Both the position numbers and the translations under genes were made by a program. From a bacterium (lineage in GTDB: Bacteria > Patescibacteriota > UBA1384 > CAILIB01): a DNA stretch of 64,000 nucleotides. Location of the stretch: positions 94,100 to 158,099 of the forward strand of contig JBAXRQ010000002.1 in assembly GCA_037131105.1 (NCBI GenBank). The letters are read 5' to 3'. Shown one piece after another: positions 18,449 to 28,195 of the stretch. The notes below the pieces were generated by a model. The model was not told the origin of the DNA. It was given only the letters and a program-made list of their open reading frames with translations, and did no database searches. The first letter of the stretch is position 1. Every line of letters starts with the position of its first letter.

Positions 18449-18487
18449 CTATATAAGACTGGTCCGGCAAAAGGAACCGACAAAAAA

Positions 18488-18520
18488 AGACGGCCAGCAC
18501 AGCCGTCCCATGCCCCACCA
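18488..18520 (-). terminator. Intrinsic terminator downstream of lysS.
   Basis: Minus strand: GACGGCUGUGCUGGCCGUC followed by UUUUUUUG. Confidence 0.5.
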
Positions 18521-18529
18521 ACAAGTCGC

Positions 18530-20032
18530 CTATTCGAAGTTCTCTTCAGGTTCCGGCCGCATAGTCGGGAAGAACACTATCTCCCGAATTGACTCCAGGT
18601 CCATAAAAATGGCCAGAGCGCGGTCAATCCCTCCCCCGTAACCACCAGTAGGCGGCATTCCGTACTCAAGGGCGCGCAGGAAGTCCTTGTCCATACGCTG
18701 GGCCTCAGGATCACCGGCCAGGCGCAGCTTCTCCTGCTCCTCAAACCGCTCACGCTGGTCGATAGGATCGTTCAGCTCACTGAAGGCATTGCCCAGCTCG
18801 GCACCGTCAATGAGTAGCTGGAAACGCTGGGTGATCTTGGGATTGTCAGCATGCTTCTTGGCCAGCGGCGAGAACTCCAAGGGATGGTCAATAATAAACT
18901 GGGGCTGGATCAGGTTCGGACGTACTGTCTTCTTGTACAGCTGGTCCATCAGGCGGCCGCGTCCGAGGGAAAGGTCAGTGTCCACCCGGTATTTCTTGAC
19001 GGTTTCAACGAGCTCTTCGTCGGTGATGGTAAGGATATCGATGCCTGCATACTGCCTGAGTAGCTCCTGGTAGCTGGTACGTGGCCAAGGGCCGGAAAAA
19101 TCCAGCACATGCTCTCCCCGCTGCAGCTGGAGAGTACCAAATGTCTCCTGAATGATATAGCGATACATCTCCTCGACCAGATCCATGAGCTGGGTATAGT
19201 CGGCGTAGGCCCAGTAGAACTCCATCGTGGTGAACTCCTGCAGGTGCTGGGGACTGATCCCTTCGTTACGATAGGCACGGCCGATCTCAAACACCTTGTC
19301 AAAGCCGCCGACAATCAGACGCTTCAGATGTAGTTCCGGTGAGATGCGCAGGAACAGGTCTACGTCCAGGGCGTTGTGATGGGTGACGAAGGGCTCGGCA
19401 TCGGCGCCCCCAGGGATCTCCTCCAGGGTAGGTGTTTCCACCTCTATGAAGCCCTTCTCAGTAAGGAAACGACGCATGGCTGCCACATAGCGGCTGCGCT
19501 TAGCGAAGCGCTCGCGGACATCGGAGCTCACGATGAGCTCAGCATAGCGCTGGCGCTGGCGCTGCTCGACGTCCTGCAGGCCCTTCCAGAGGTCCGGCAT
19601 GGGGCGCAAAGCCTTGGTCAGGATAGTCCAGTCCTTTACCTCTACGGTAAGCTCTCCTCGCTTGGTCACGAAGAGCGGCCCGGAAGCATGGATGAAGTCA
19701 CCCAGATCCAGCAGCTGGATACGCTCGAACCATTCCTCGGAGATGATATCCTTCTTCAACATAAGCTGTATCTTGCCGCTCTCATCCTGGAGATCGACGA
19801 AATACAGCCCTCCCTGCCCACGCAGGGAATAGATGCGGCCTGCTACTGAGACTCCTCCCTCAAGACGAGCACCCTCCCCCATTCCTAGGAGATGGTTGCC
19901 CGAATCACGCACTGAAGACACCGAGTCATGCTCGGGTACGGTGGCTGGATAGGGGTCAATGCCGGCGTCATACCACGCCTGCAGCTTGGCCCTGCGAGCC
20001 TCAAACGGGTCTAGTCCTTCGAACTGATACAT
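18530..20032 (-). CDS. lysS: Lysyl-tRNA synthetase (class II).
   Basis: N-terminal OB anticodon-binding domain (…FVDLQDESGKIQLMLKKD…) and class II catalytic core with motifs 1-3. 500 aa. Confidence 0.9.
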   Translation of the reverse strand: MYQFEGLDPFEARRAKLQAWYDAGIDPYPATVPEHDSVSSVRDSGNHLLGMGEGARLEGGVSVAGRIYSLRGQGGLYFVDLQDESGKIQLMLKKDIISEEWFERIQLLDLGDFIHASGPLFVTKRGELTVEVKDWTILTKALRPMPDLWKGLQDVEQRQRQRYAELIVSSDVRERFAKRSRYVAAMRRFLTEKGFIEVETPTLEEIPGGADAEPFVTHHNALDVDLFLRISPELHLKRLIVGGFDKVFEIGRAYRNEGISPQHLQEFTTMEFYWAYADYTQLMDLVEEMYRYIIQETFGTLQLQRGEHVLDFSGPWPRTSYQELLRQYAGIDILTITDEELVETVKKYRVDTDLSLGRGRLMDQLYKKTVRPNLIQPQFIIDHPLEFSPLAKKHADNPKITQRFQLLIDGAELGNAFSELNDPIDQRERFEEQEKLRLAGDPEAQRMDKDFLRALEYGMPPTGGYGGGIDRALAIFMDLESIREIVFFPTMRPEPEENFE

Positions 20033-20066
20033 CGCTTCTCGTTACCTGACGTTTCTCGAACCTAGA

Positions 20067-20534
20067 CTACGATATCTTAATGATACTATAATCTACTGTT
20101 CCGCCGTCGGGAATAGCAACTTTCACAGTGTCACCTACCTTAGCGCCCATAAGAGCCACACCCAGGGGGGACTCAATGGAGATCAGTCCCTTGGTAGGAT
20201 CGGACTCAGCGGAGCCGACCAGATTGAATACCATGTCGTCGCCATCTATCTTGACCTCGACCTTGGAACCCATAGCCACCTTGTTGCCGGCCTTGGCCTT
20301 GGCAGTGTCGATGACGCGGGCCTTGCGAAGCAGAGCCTCGAGCTCCTCAATGCGACCCTCAATCATGGACTGGGAAGTGCGAGCAGCGTCATATTCAGCG
20401 TTCTCAGAAAGATCACCGTACTCACGGGTCTCTTTGATCTTCTTAATGACGTCTTTTCGGTCAACATCAATAAGCTGCTTGAGCTCAAGCTGCAGCTTCT
20501 CGATGCCTTCTTTGGTCAGGTAGATGTCCTTCAT
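20067..20534 (-). CDS. greA: Transcription elongation factor GreA.
   Basis: MKDIYLTKEGIEKLQLELKQL...GDLSENAEYDAA: coiled-coil with acidic tip, plus FKBP-like C-terminal domain. 155 aa. Confidence 0.9.
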   Translation of the reverse strand: MKDIYLTKEGIEKLQLELKQLIDVDRKDVIKKIKETREYGDLSENAEYDAARTSQSMIEGRIEELEALLRKARVIDTAKAKAGNKVAMGSKVEVKIDGDDMVFNLVGSAESDPTKGLISIESPLGVALMGAKVGDTVKVAIPDGGTVDYSIIKIS

Positions 20535-20771
20535 GCTCGTAATTTCTTGTTTCTAGTGTAAAAAAAAGCAAAAAGTACCACCGTTTTTCGATCGCGCTGT
20601 CATGCGGCTCCGAATGGATTTCTCCCTGGCTACCGTACCGTTAGCGCCGATCGTCGAGTACTTTTTATCGCTGTTAAGTATAGGCCAAACTGGTTTTGCT
20701 GTCAATCCTTCTAAAAACCTTTTTGGAAGCTGATTATGACAAAATTATGAAAAATGTCACACCCCCATTTC

Positions 20772-22619
20772 TTACTCCAATACCGCTTTAATGCGCCGTA
20801 CTCCGGCACTAACCGCCTCCTCTTTCGCGATTCGAAACTTCCCCATTCCCCCGGTATGCTCCACGTGGGGACCGGTGCAGATCTCCTTGCTGAAGTCGCC
20901 CATAGTGTATACCGAGACGCTGTCGCCGTACTTGTGGCCGAAGAGCCCGATAGCCCCCTCCTGCTTAGCCTGGTCAGGGCTCATAGTGGCACTGGTCACC
21001 TGCAGGTCGCGCTGGATCTGCTCATTGACCATAGTCTCAACGGCCGCAATCTGCTCAGGCGTCATTTTCTCGGGGTACGAGAAGTCAAAGCGCAGCCGCT
21101 CAGGAGTAATGTTGCTCCCCTTCTGCTGGACGCCATCGCCCAGGACCTTGCGCAGGGACTGGTGCAGAAGATGGGTGGCGGTGTGGTACCGGACCGACAT
21201 CTCGCTGGTGTCACCTAATCCGCTCTTAAACATCTTGTCGGAGCTGGAGCGGGACAGCTCCTGGTGAGCCTTAAGTTCAGCTCGGAACCCAAGAGAATCC
21301 ACGGCGACCCCCTTTTCATAGGCCAGCTCCTCAGTCAGTTCAATAGGAAAGCCATACGACTGATATAAGTTGAAAGCATCCTTACCCGAAATGTCATCGG
21401 CGCTGATCTTCTCAAACTCCTTCTTACCCTGCTGCAGCGTCTTTCTGAATTTCTCTTCCTCTTTGACTATCTCGGCCTTGATTTCGTCCTTCTTGACGAA
21501 GGTTTCTGGGTAGGCATCTTCGTAACAACCGAGTATTGCATCGACGGTCGATTCAAGACCCCCCCGCTCAATGCCTAGACGGTCCCAATGCCTCACCGAG
21601 CGGCGGATTAAACGCCGGACATAATACCCTTTCTCGGTATTACTGGGGATTACCCCATCGGAAATGAGGAAGGCAGCGGCCCGTACATGGTCAAGAATGA
21701 TCTGAAAAGACTTGGTATAGTCAGCGTCATCGTAGGACAGCCCCGAGAGACTCTCCAGGAGCTTCACGCCCCCGTCAAACATGTCGGTACGAAATATGTC
21801 CGGCTGGTCGTTAGTAGCGGCAAGCATGCGCTCAAGGCCTCCCCCGAAGTCCACGTTCTGCTTGGCAAGCTTGTCAAAACCCTTGCCATCCTTCTTGCGG
21901 TACTCCATGAAGACAGAATTGCCGATCTCAAAGTAACGGCCGCAGTCACAGTTAGGGTGACAATGCTCCCCGAAGGCAGGATTGTGCTCCACATCGAACT
22001 CAAAGAATAGTTCCGAGTCCGGACCTCCCGGCTCACCTGGCGACATCTTATCTATCGAACCCTGACGGGCCCACCAGTTCTTCTTGGTGTAGTAGAAGAT
22101 GCGTCCGCCCTGCATGCCAGCCTTGGCGCCGTTCTCTTCTGTTCCCAGGTCCACAGCTGTGGCCTCAATTCCTTTTTCAGCAAACAGCTTCTGCCAGAGA
22201 CTTACTGTTTCTTCATCCCTGGGAATCCCGTTCTCTTCATCTCCACCAAAGGCTGTCACGAACAGCCGCTTAGGATCCAGGCCGATCTCCTCAGTCAGGA
22301 ACTGGAATACCCAGGGGATCTGCTCATTCTTGAAGTAATCCCCCAGGGACCAGTTCCCCAGCATCTCAAAGAAGGTAGTGTGGCGGCTGTCACCTATTTC
22401 CTCTATGTCGTCGGTGCGGAAGCTCTTTTGGGAGTTCGCTAGCCTGGTCCCGTCAGCGTGGGGCTGCCCCAGCAGATACGGCACCAGCGGCTGCATGCCC
22501 GACCCGGTAAAAAGAGTGGTCGGGTCATTTTCAGGCACCAGAGAAGCTGAGGGCATGATCACATGTCCTCTCTTGGCATAGAACTCAAGGAAACGGCGGC
22601 GGATTTCTGTGCTGTGCAT
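20772..22619 (-). CDS. alaS: Alanyl-tRNA synthetase, short form (catalytic + tRNA-recognition + editing domains; lacks the C-terminal C-Ala domain).
   Basis: N-terminus MHSTEIRRRFLEFYAKRGHVIMPSASLVPENDPTTLFTGSGMQ is canonical AlaRS. Editing-domain HxxxH…CGGTHV-like block near the C-terminus (HTATHLLHQ…CTGPHV). 615 aa. Confidence 0.85.
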   Translation of the reverse strand: MHSTEIRRRFLEFYAKRGHVIMPSASLVPENDPTTLFTGSGMQPLVPYLLGQPHADGTRLANSQKSFRTDDIEEIGDSRHTTFFEMLGNWSLGDYFKNEQIPWVFQFLTEEIGLDPKRLFVTAFGGDEENGIPRDEETVSLWQKLFAEKGIEATAVDLGTEENGAKAGMQGGRIFYYTKKNWWARQGSIDKMSPGEPGGPDSELFFEFDVEHNPAFGEHCHPNCDCGRYFEIGNSVFMEYRKKDGKGFDKLAKQNVDFGGGLERMLAATNDQPDIFRTDMFDGGVKLLESLSGLSYDDADYTKSFQIILDHVRAAAFLISDGVIPSNTEKGYYVRRLIRRSVRHWDRLGIERGGLESTVDAILGCYEDAYPETFVKKDEIKAEIVKEEEKFRKTLQQGKKEFEKISADDISGKDAFNLYQSYGFPIELTEELAYEKGVAVDSLGFRAELKAHQELSRSSSDKMFKSGLGDTSEMSVRYHTATHLLHQSLRKVLGDGVQQKGSNITPERLRFDFSYPEKMTPEQIAAVETMVNEQIQRDLQVTSATMSPDQAKQEGAIGLFGHKYGDSVSVYTMGDFSKEICTGPHVEHTGGMGKFRIAKEEAVSAGVRRIKAVLE

Positions 22620-22791
22620 GGGCCCACATTATCAGATCACAAATAGATTTGAAAGCGAAAACACGAGTTCACAAGGGCCGCTGGAGTCGGATGTATTTCA
22701 AGAAAGGAGCGAGTACAGTACTGAGGCGTACTAGCGTACGTCGAAGGAGGCTCGGAGCTCCTGACGCAGAAAGACGCCGGGTCCAGTGGCT

Positions 22792-23682
22792 CTAAAGGGA
22801 GGGGAACTCGAAGACAGCAGTAGTCCCCTTCTTCTGCCTTGACGTAAACGTAATATTTCCCTGGTGCAACCTGGCGATAGCCTGGGCGATGTGCAAGCCC
22901 AGTCCCAGCCCCTCATAGTCAAAGGTGTACATCGAAGTGCCCCGGTAAAACTCCTCGCTGGCATGGGCGATAACCTCGTCAGGCATGCCGATGCCATTGT
23001 CCACTATCATTACCGAGAAGATCCCCCGCTCCTGCTTGATATTCACCTTTACCTCGCCCCCATCCAGACTGAACTTGACCGCATTATCCGCTAGGGCGAT
23101 CAGCGCCTGCTTCAGGCGACGCTCATCAAAGCGAGCCTCCTTTACCTCATGACTGTCATCTGTAATCGTCATCTTAAGCCCTTTGGCCCGGGCGAAGGGA
23201 TCGACGGCAGTGACAGCGGCGCTTACTGTATCCATGAGATTACCTACACCCAGGTTGAGCGTAAGATTTTTCTGGTCAATCTCACCTACTAGTACCAGCT
23301 GCTGGGTAACAATCCAGAGGCGCTGCTGGCCTCGCACAATGGCCTCGTAATAATTCCCACGCTGCTCTGCGGTCAAAGACGTATCGCCTTCCTGCAGGCT
23401 GCTGACCGCAGTCTGGATGATGGTAATCGGATTGAGAAGATAATGAGAGGCCAGTGAAATGAACTGGTCCTTCCTATCGCGCAGCTCCTTCTCCACTCCC
23501 CGCCGCAGCAACGGGTGAATGAAAAAGGCATACAGAACCAGGCACAGCAGAAAGCCGACCACTACGCCTATTTCCAGGCTGCCCGGATCAAATGCAAAGA
23601 AGGTGGTATCCATACCGTCCAGTATAGCAAATGTGCTACCATAGGAGGTAAGCGCGCCCTCTGCGCCATCAGCAATCAGCAC
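22792..23682 (-). CDS. Sensor histidine kinase (HisKA + HATPase_c) with an N-terminal TM segment.
   Basis: H-box region LASHYLLNPI and N/G1/G2 boxes (ALADNAVKFS…VDNGIGMP…GLGLGLHIAQ). The true start may be the internal MDTTFF…. No cognate regulator adjacent. Confidence 0.8.
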   Translation of the reverse strand: MLIADGAEGALTSYGSTFAILDGMDTTFFAFDPGSLEIGVVVGFLLCLVLYAFFIHPLLRRGVEKELRDRKDQFISLASHYLLNPITIIQTAVSSLQEGDTSLTAEQRGNYYEAIVRGQQRLWIVTQQLVLVGEIDQKNLTLNLGVGNLMDTVSAAVTAVDPFARAKGLKMTITDDSHEVKEARFDERRLKQALIALADNAVKFSLDGGEVKVNIKQERGIFSVMIVDNGIGMPDEVIAHASEEFYRGTSMYTFDYEGLGLGLHIAQAIARLHQGNITFTSRQKKGTTAVFEFPSL

Positions 23683-23696
23683 CAGAAGCCACTCCT

Positions 23697-24965
23697 ATGC
23701 TTTTCTCTTCTCGCAAGCGGACTCCTCGCAAACCCGCAGCACTTGCCCTCGACATCGGTACTGAGTTCGTCAAGGTACTGGTCTTTGAGATTGAGGATGA
23801 GCGTGGCACCGTTATCAGCCAGGCACGGGCTCGCCAACGCCTTTCCGACATGCACGGCGGCAGCGTCACTGATATCGCCGGAGTCATCCACACCGCCAGC
23901 AAGGCCATTACTGAAGCTTTTGAGGCGGCAGGACGCGAACCAGAACAGGTAGTGGTGGGCATCGCCGGAGAGCTAGTAAAGGGAAATACCACTGTCACTA
24001 CCGCTACCCGCAAGAAGCCCCAGACCCCCATTGGCGAGTCCGAGCTCAAGGAGATCATCAACCATGCCCAGAAGGAAACCCTTTCCAAATCCCGCAAGGA
24101 CCTGTCCTGGGAAAGCGGCTACTCTGAAATCGACGTCCAGCTGGTAAATTCTGCAGTAGTCAGCGTCAAAATCGACGGCTACCGCGTCTCCAACCCCCTG
24201 GGCTTCCAAGGTCGCCAGGTAGAAGTCGGCATCTATACCGCCTACGCTCCCACCGTCCATCTCGGCGCCATACAGGCCATAGTGGAAGGCCTTGACCTTG
24301 ACCTGTTATCCATCGCCACCGAGCCCTACGCCGTGGCCCGCTGCTTTGGGTCTGACGAGGCCAGCGACATTTCCAGCATCTTCATAGACATTGGCGGCGG
24401 CACCACCGACATCGCCGTTGTCCGTTCAGGAGGCCTGGAGGGCACCAAAATGTTCGCCCTAGGAGGTCGCGTATTTACCAAGCGGATCGCCACCATGCTG
24501 AAGCTTTCGTTCGCAGAGGCCGAGAAGATCAAGATCGCCTATTCCGAGGGCAGGCTGGAGGAAAAGGACATGAAGCGGGTCGGCGAGTTCATTAAGAACG
24601 AGGTGGCCGTCTGGATCTCAGGCATTGAGTTGGCCCTGGAGGAGTTCACCCAGTCTGATCGTTTTACCGACAATCGCCTGCTCCCCTCCAAGATGTACAT
24701 CTGCGGCGGCGGCAGTCTGCTTCCTGATCTGAAGAAGGCCCTGGAAAAGAAGGCCTGGACCAAGTCGCTCCCCTTTGCAAAGGAGCCGGAAGTACAGTAC
24801 ATTAAACCTGACCAAGTGGCCAATATCGTCGACGGCACCGGCAAGCTGGACAGCGCCCAAGACGTCACCCCGATGGCCCTGGCAAATCTCGCCCTTGACC
24901 TGGTCGGCAACGAATCACCGGTAGCGGGCACCTTCACCAAGATCCTCAAAGGCCTGCGGACATAA
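23697..24965 (+). CDS. ftsA: Cell division protein FtsA.
   Basis: Actin-fold motifs ALDIGTEFVKVLVFE and DIGGGTTDIAVV. 422 aa. Confidence 0.9.
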   Translation: MLFSSRKRTPRKPAALALDIGTEFVKVLVFEIEDERGTVISQARARQRLSDMHGGSVTDIAGVIHTASKAITEAFEAAGREPEQVVVGIAGELVKGNTTVTTATRKKPQTPIGESELKEIINHAQKETLSKSRKDLSWESGYSEIDVQLVNSAVVSVKIDGYRVSNPLGFQGRQVEVGIYTAYAPTVHLGAIQAIVEGLDLDLLSIATEPYAVARCFGSDEASDISSIFIDIGGGTTDIAVVRSGGLEGTKMFALGGRVFTKRIATMLKLSFAEAEKIKIAYSEGRLEEKDMKRVGEFIKNEVAVWISGIELALEEFTQSDRFTDNRLLPSKMYICGGGSLLPDLKKALEKKAWTKSLPFAKEPEVQYIKPDQVANIVDGTGKLDSAQDVTPMALANLALDLVGNESPVAGTFTKILKGLRT

Positions 24966-24973
24966 GCATTCCC

Positions 24974-26764
24974 ATGAATCCCATCTACGTAGAAGTCAGC
25001 GACGAGATCACCACGGTCATTGAACGGATGTCGGGAAGCCCCGATCCGGTCATTGCCCTGGTCATTCCCCGTGGTGCCCTTCTATTGCAGAGCCTGGTAA
25101 ACCTGAAGCTGGCCAAGAAGACCGCTGCCGACGCCGGCAAACAGCTGGTACTAGTGACTACCGATAAGATAGGCAGAAATCTGGCTGCCCAGGTTGGCCT
25201 TTCGGTGGTCTCGCAGCTTGAAGATGCCGGTTCGTTGGAGAAGGCGGTTCCTGCTGATGAAGGCGTGAAGATGATCGACGGGGTAAAAGTACACCGTTAC
25301 TATGAGGAAGGCACGGGCGCACCTGAAGAAGCTGCTGAAGGCGTCGAAGCGTCTGGAGTAGTGGGAGCTACTGCCGCCGTAGAGCCTATCGTCCCCCGTG
25401 AGATCATGAAGGCCAAGAAGACTGAGGAAGCTCCGGAGGAGATCCGACCCATCACCACCCGCGAGGTCAAGACAGACCTGCCAGCTGCAGCAGAATCAGT
25501 AGACGCACCCATCGAGATCAAGCCCACTGCCGAGCCTACCATTGCCACTGCGGCGGTCGATATCACACCCGCAGTCAAAGACACACCTCCGACTGACGAC
25601 CCACTCTCTATGGCTTCAGCCTCCACTCCCCCCGCGGCAAGTCCTAGCAATCCCCGCAGGCGCAAGTTCATCCTGCTCGGCGTCTATGTGGTCATCCTAC
25701 TACTGCTGGCCGCTACCGGCGTCAGCGCTTTTTACCTACCAAAGACCGAGGTCGATATCATCGTTGACTCCCAGCCTTGGAAGAAGGATACCACTATCGC
25801 CGCTACTACCGGCAGCCCTACTCTACCTTCTGAACTCATTACCTCCCAGCTGGACGATACCCTTACCTTCTCTGCCACCGGAAGCGTTGAACTGGGCAAT
25901 AAAGCCCAGGGTACCGCCTCAGTCTCCAACCTTGACTCAAGTGATCCTAAGTTATTACCTGCCGGCAGTCAGATTCTCGCTAATGGCCTCACCTTCATTA
26001 CCCAGGAGAAGGTGACGGTGCCCGGAGCTAGTATCGTCAGCGGCACCCCCGTACCCGGAACAACCAACGTGCAAATCTCCGCCCAGGCCCCTGGTACAGC
26101 CAGCAATCTTTCCCAGACTCCCGCCACCGTCCCCGGCCAGAAGCTTTTTGCCCAAATCATCAGTACTACCGCTGGCACCAGCAAGGTAGCGGCCGTCGTT
26201 ACCGATACTGATATTGCCAATGCCAAGGCTGCCCTGATCAAGAAAGGCAAGGATGATGTTGGGGCCAAGCTGGTAGCATCGCTCAAAGACCGCGACGTAC
26301 TCTTTGATCCCGGCACCGACATCTTCAGCAATGACGCGTTCCACCCCTCTGTAGCTTCCGGCAGTCAGAACAGCTCAGGTACGGTTACTGCCACCTTCAC
26401 CTTAAAGCGACTGGTCGCCGACAAGGCCAAGGCTACGGCCGCCGCCAAAACGTCTCTCACTACCAGCTCCGACCCCAGCCTCACCTATGTCACTGAAAAG
26501 GTCGACTTTACCAAGACGGTAGTCGATATGGCCGGCAGCACGGTCACCCTTTCAGCCACCGGACAGGGGCGCTTCTCAGCTACGATAGATCCTGCTCCCA
26601 TCCGTAGTCAGCTAGTAGGCAAGAGCCGCAGTGCCGGTGAAGCCCTTCTGAAGACTTCTGTCAAAAACGGACAAGTGGTCATCAAGCAGCAGCCCAGCTG
26701 GTGGCCCATCCACAACTTCCCTTATTCGGGCAAGTATCTGACTGTCCTCGTAAAATATGAATAG
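24974..26764 (+). CDS. Bitopic membrane protein co-transcribed with ftsA: small cytoplasmic N-terminal domain, acidic/Pro-rich linker, single TM, and a large Ser/Thr-rich extracytoplasmic domain. Putative divisome-associated.
   Basis: 8-nt gap after ftsA. TM helix FILLGVYVVILLLLAATGVSAFYL near residue 225. No tubulin signature (GGGTG[ST]G), so this is not FtsZ. Confidence 0.5.
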   Translation: MNPIYVEVSDEITTVIERMSGSPDPVIALVIPRGALLLQSLVNLKLAKKTAADAGKQLVLVTTDKIGRNLAAQVGLSVVSQLEDAGSLEKAVPADEGVKMIDGVKVHRYYEEGTGAPEEAAEGVEASGVVGATAAVEPIVPREIMKAKKTEEAPEEIRPITTREVKTDLPAAAESVDAPIEIKPTAEPTIATAAVDITPAVKDTPPTDDPLSMASASTPPAASPSNPRRRKFILLGVYVVILLLLAATGVSAFYLPKTEVDIIVDSQPWKKDTTIAATTGSPTLPSELITSQLDDTLTFSATGSVELGNKAQGTASVSNLDSSDPKLLPAGSQILANGLTFITQEKVTVPGASIVSGTPVPGTTNVQISAQAPGTASNLSQTPATVPGQKLFAQIISTTAGTSKVAAVVTDTDIANAKAALIKKGKDDVGAKLVASLKDRDVLFDPGTDIFSNDAFHPSVASGSQNSSGTVTATFTLKRLVADKAKATAAAKTSLTTSSDPSLTYVTEKVDFTKTVVDMAGSTVTLSATGQGRFSATIDPAPIRSQLVGKSRSAGEALLKTSVKNGQVVIKQQPSWWPIHNFPYSGKYLTVLVKYE

Positions 26765-26915
26765 AGTTCATAGCCTAACTATTACAGTAAGTGAAATCAT
26801 CACTCTACCAGCTGCAAACAGTTCACGGTTCGTCGTCGTATATCCAATACACCTCCTCACCCCTTACTGTTTTCGCTGTGTATAGTGACTATTTCATTCT
26901 TGTAACAGCTAGGCG

Positions 26916-27326
26916 ATGAACTCTCGCCCCATTCTGGGGCTTGATATTGGCTTCAAACGGACAGGGGTGGCCGTCTCTGAAAGCGGCCTGATCGCCCAGC
27001 CGCTGGGAGTCCTCGAGGCTGACATGCCCCACATGACCAAGGTCCTGCACGGGATCGTCGCGTACGTAGATGAGTACTCTGTCGGCACTATAGTTGTTGG
27101 CCTCCCCTACACCGAAGACGGTGAACCGACCAGTCAGTCCCTCAGGGTGGAGGGTGTACTTGAGTCCCTCCGTGCACTCCTAGCCGACCGGCAGCCCCCT
27201 GTCGAAATCGTTACCGTAAATGAGTTCTACTCAAGCCAGGAAGCCGACGAGATGTACCCCAACGTAGAACGCGATGCGGCGGCGGCGGCCATTATTCTCC
27301 AGCACTACTTAGACCAAATCACCTGA
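26916..27326 (+). CDS. ruvX: YqgF/RuvX Holliday-junction resolvase-like nuclease (pre-16S rRNA processing).
   Basis: LGLDIGFKRTGVAVSE N-terminal RNase H-like motif. 136 aa. Confidence 0.85.
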   Translation: MNSRPILGLDIGFKRTGVAVSESGLIAQPLGVLEADMPHMTKVLHGIVAYVDEYSVGTIVVGLPYTEDGEPTSQSLRVEGVLESLRALLADRQPPVEIVTVNEFYSSQEADEMYPNVERDAAAAAIILQHYLDQIT

Positions 27327-28108
27327 TGTTTTCCTCCCTCTTCCATAAACTGGTCTTTTCCTTCCTGGTGGTCCTCGTCATCGGCAGCGGTGCCGCGTAT
27401 TTCGGTGTAAAACACCTACAGAAGATTCGTGACGAACGTGATACAGCTGCACTTAACGAAAAGAAGCGAGACATTAGTATTACCGTTATCGAGGGCAAGC
27501 GCCGGGAAGAAGTGGCTACCCTCATGCAGGAGAAGGGCATCTGTACGGCCGCCGACTTCCTTACCGCCAGCGAAGGCATGGAGGGCACCCTGTTCCCTGA
27601 TACCTACCGGTTCTTTGCAAATACCACCGCCAAGGACGTCGTAGCCGAGATGACCGCCGACTACACGAAGCGTACCGCCGATCTCAATCCCACCCCCGAC
27701 CAGCTGATCATTGCCTCCATTGTCGAACGCGAGGCGTTGCGGGATGCGGACCGGGCCGCCATAGCTAGCATTTACCTGAACCGGCTGAAGATCGGTATGA
27801 AGCTTGAGGCCGACCCCAGTGTGCAATATGCCAAGGATAGCCAGGCCTTTGTAGCACAAGGCAACCCGGTAAGCTACAAGTTCTGGGTACCCATTATCCA
27901 GGCTGATTATCAGTCGGTGCAGTCTCCTTACAACCTTTACACCGTCACCGGCCTACCTCCCGGCCCTATCGACAGCCCCGGCCTTGAAAGTATCAAAGCT
28001 GCCGTCAATCCGACCAAGACAAACTATTACTTCCTTTACTACGGCAAGGACGGCACCTTCCTACCTGCCAAGACCTACGACGAGCACCTCAGAAACCTGA
28101 GCAAATAG
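27326..28108 (+). CDS. mltG: Endolytic murein transglycosylase MltG (YceG family).
   Basis: N-terminal TM followed by a YceG domain with the conserved C-terminal block (…YNLYTVTGLPPGPI…NYYFLY…). Confidence 0.85.
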   Translation: MFSSLFHKLVFSFLVVLVIGSGAAYFGVKHLQKIRDERDTAALNEKKRDISITVIEGKRREEVATLMQEKGICTAADFLTASEGMEGTLFPDTYRFFANTTAKDVVAEMTADYTKRTADLNPTPDQLIIASIVEREALRDADRAAIASIYLNRLKIGMKLEADPSVQYAKDSQAFVAQGNPVSYKFWVPIIQADYQSVQSPYNLYTVTGLPPGPIDSPGLESIKAAVNPTKTNYYFLYYGKDGTFLPAKTYDEHLRNLSK

Positions 28109-28195
28109 AAATCTCTCCTTCCTAGCCCATAGCCGCGACTAGCTAAATCTGCTACTCTGATAGGTGCATACAAACACTATTTTGATCGTCCTTCC

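Noticed and set aside
20754-21267. Two plus-strand ORFs (154 and 158 aa) at the alaS 3' region.
   Set aside because: Antisense to the AlaRS editing domain, which is strongly supported.
23683-23696. 14-bp divergent promoter region between the histidine kinase and ftsA as annotated by the ORF track.
   Set aside because: Too short to be real. The kinase most likely starts at the internal Met (~23613), giving an ~80-nt divergent region. ftsA has no alternative in-frame start.
24974-26764. FtsZ call for the gene following ftsA.
   Set aside because: No GGGTG(S/T)G tubulin signature or GTPase motifs. The protein has a TM helix and an S/T-rich ectodomain.
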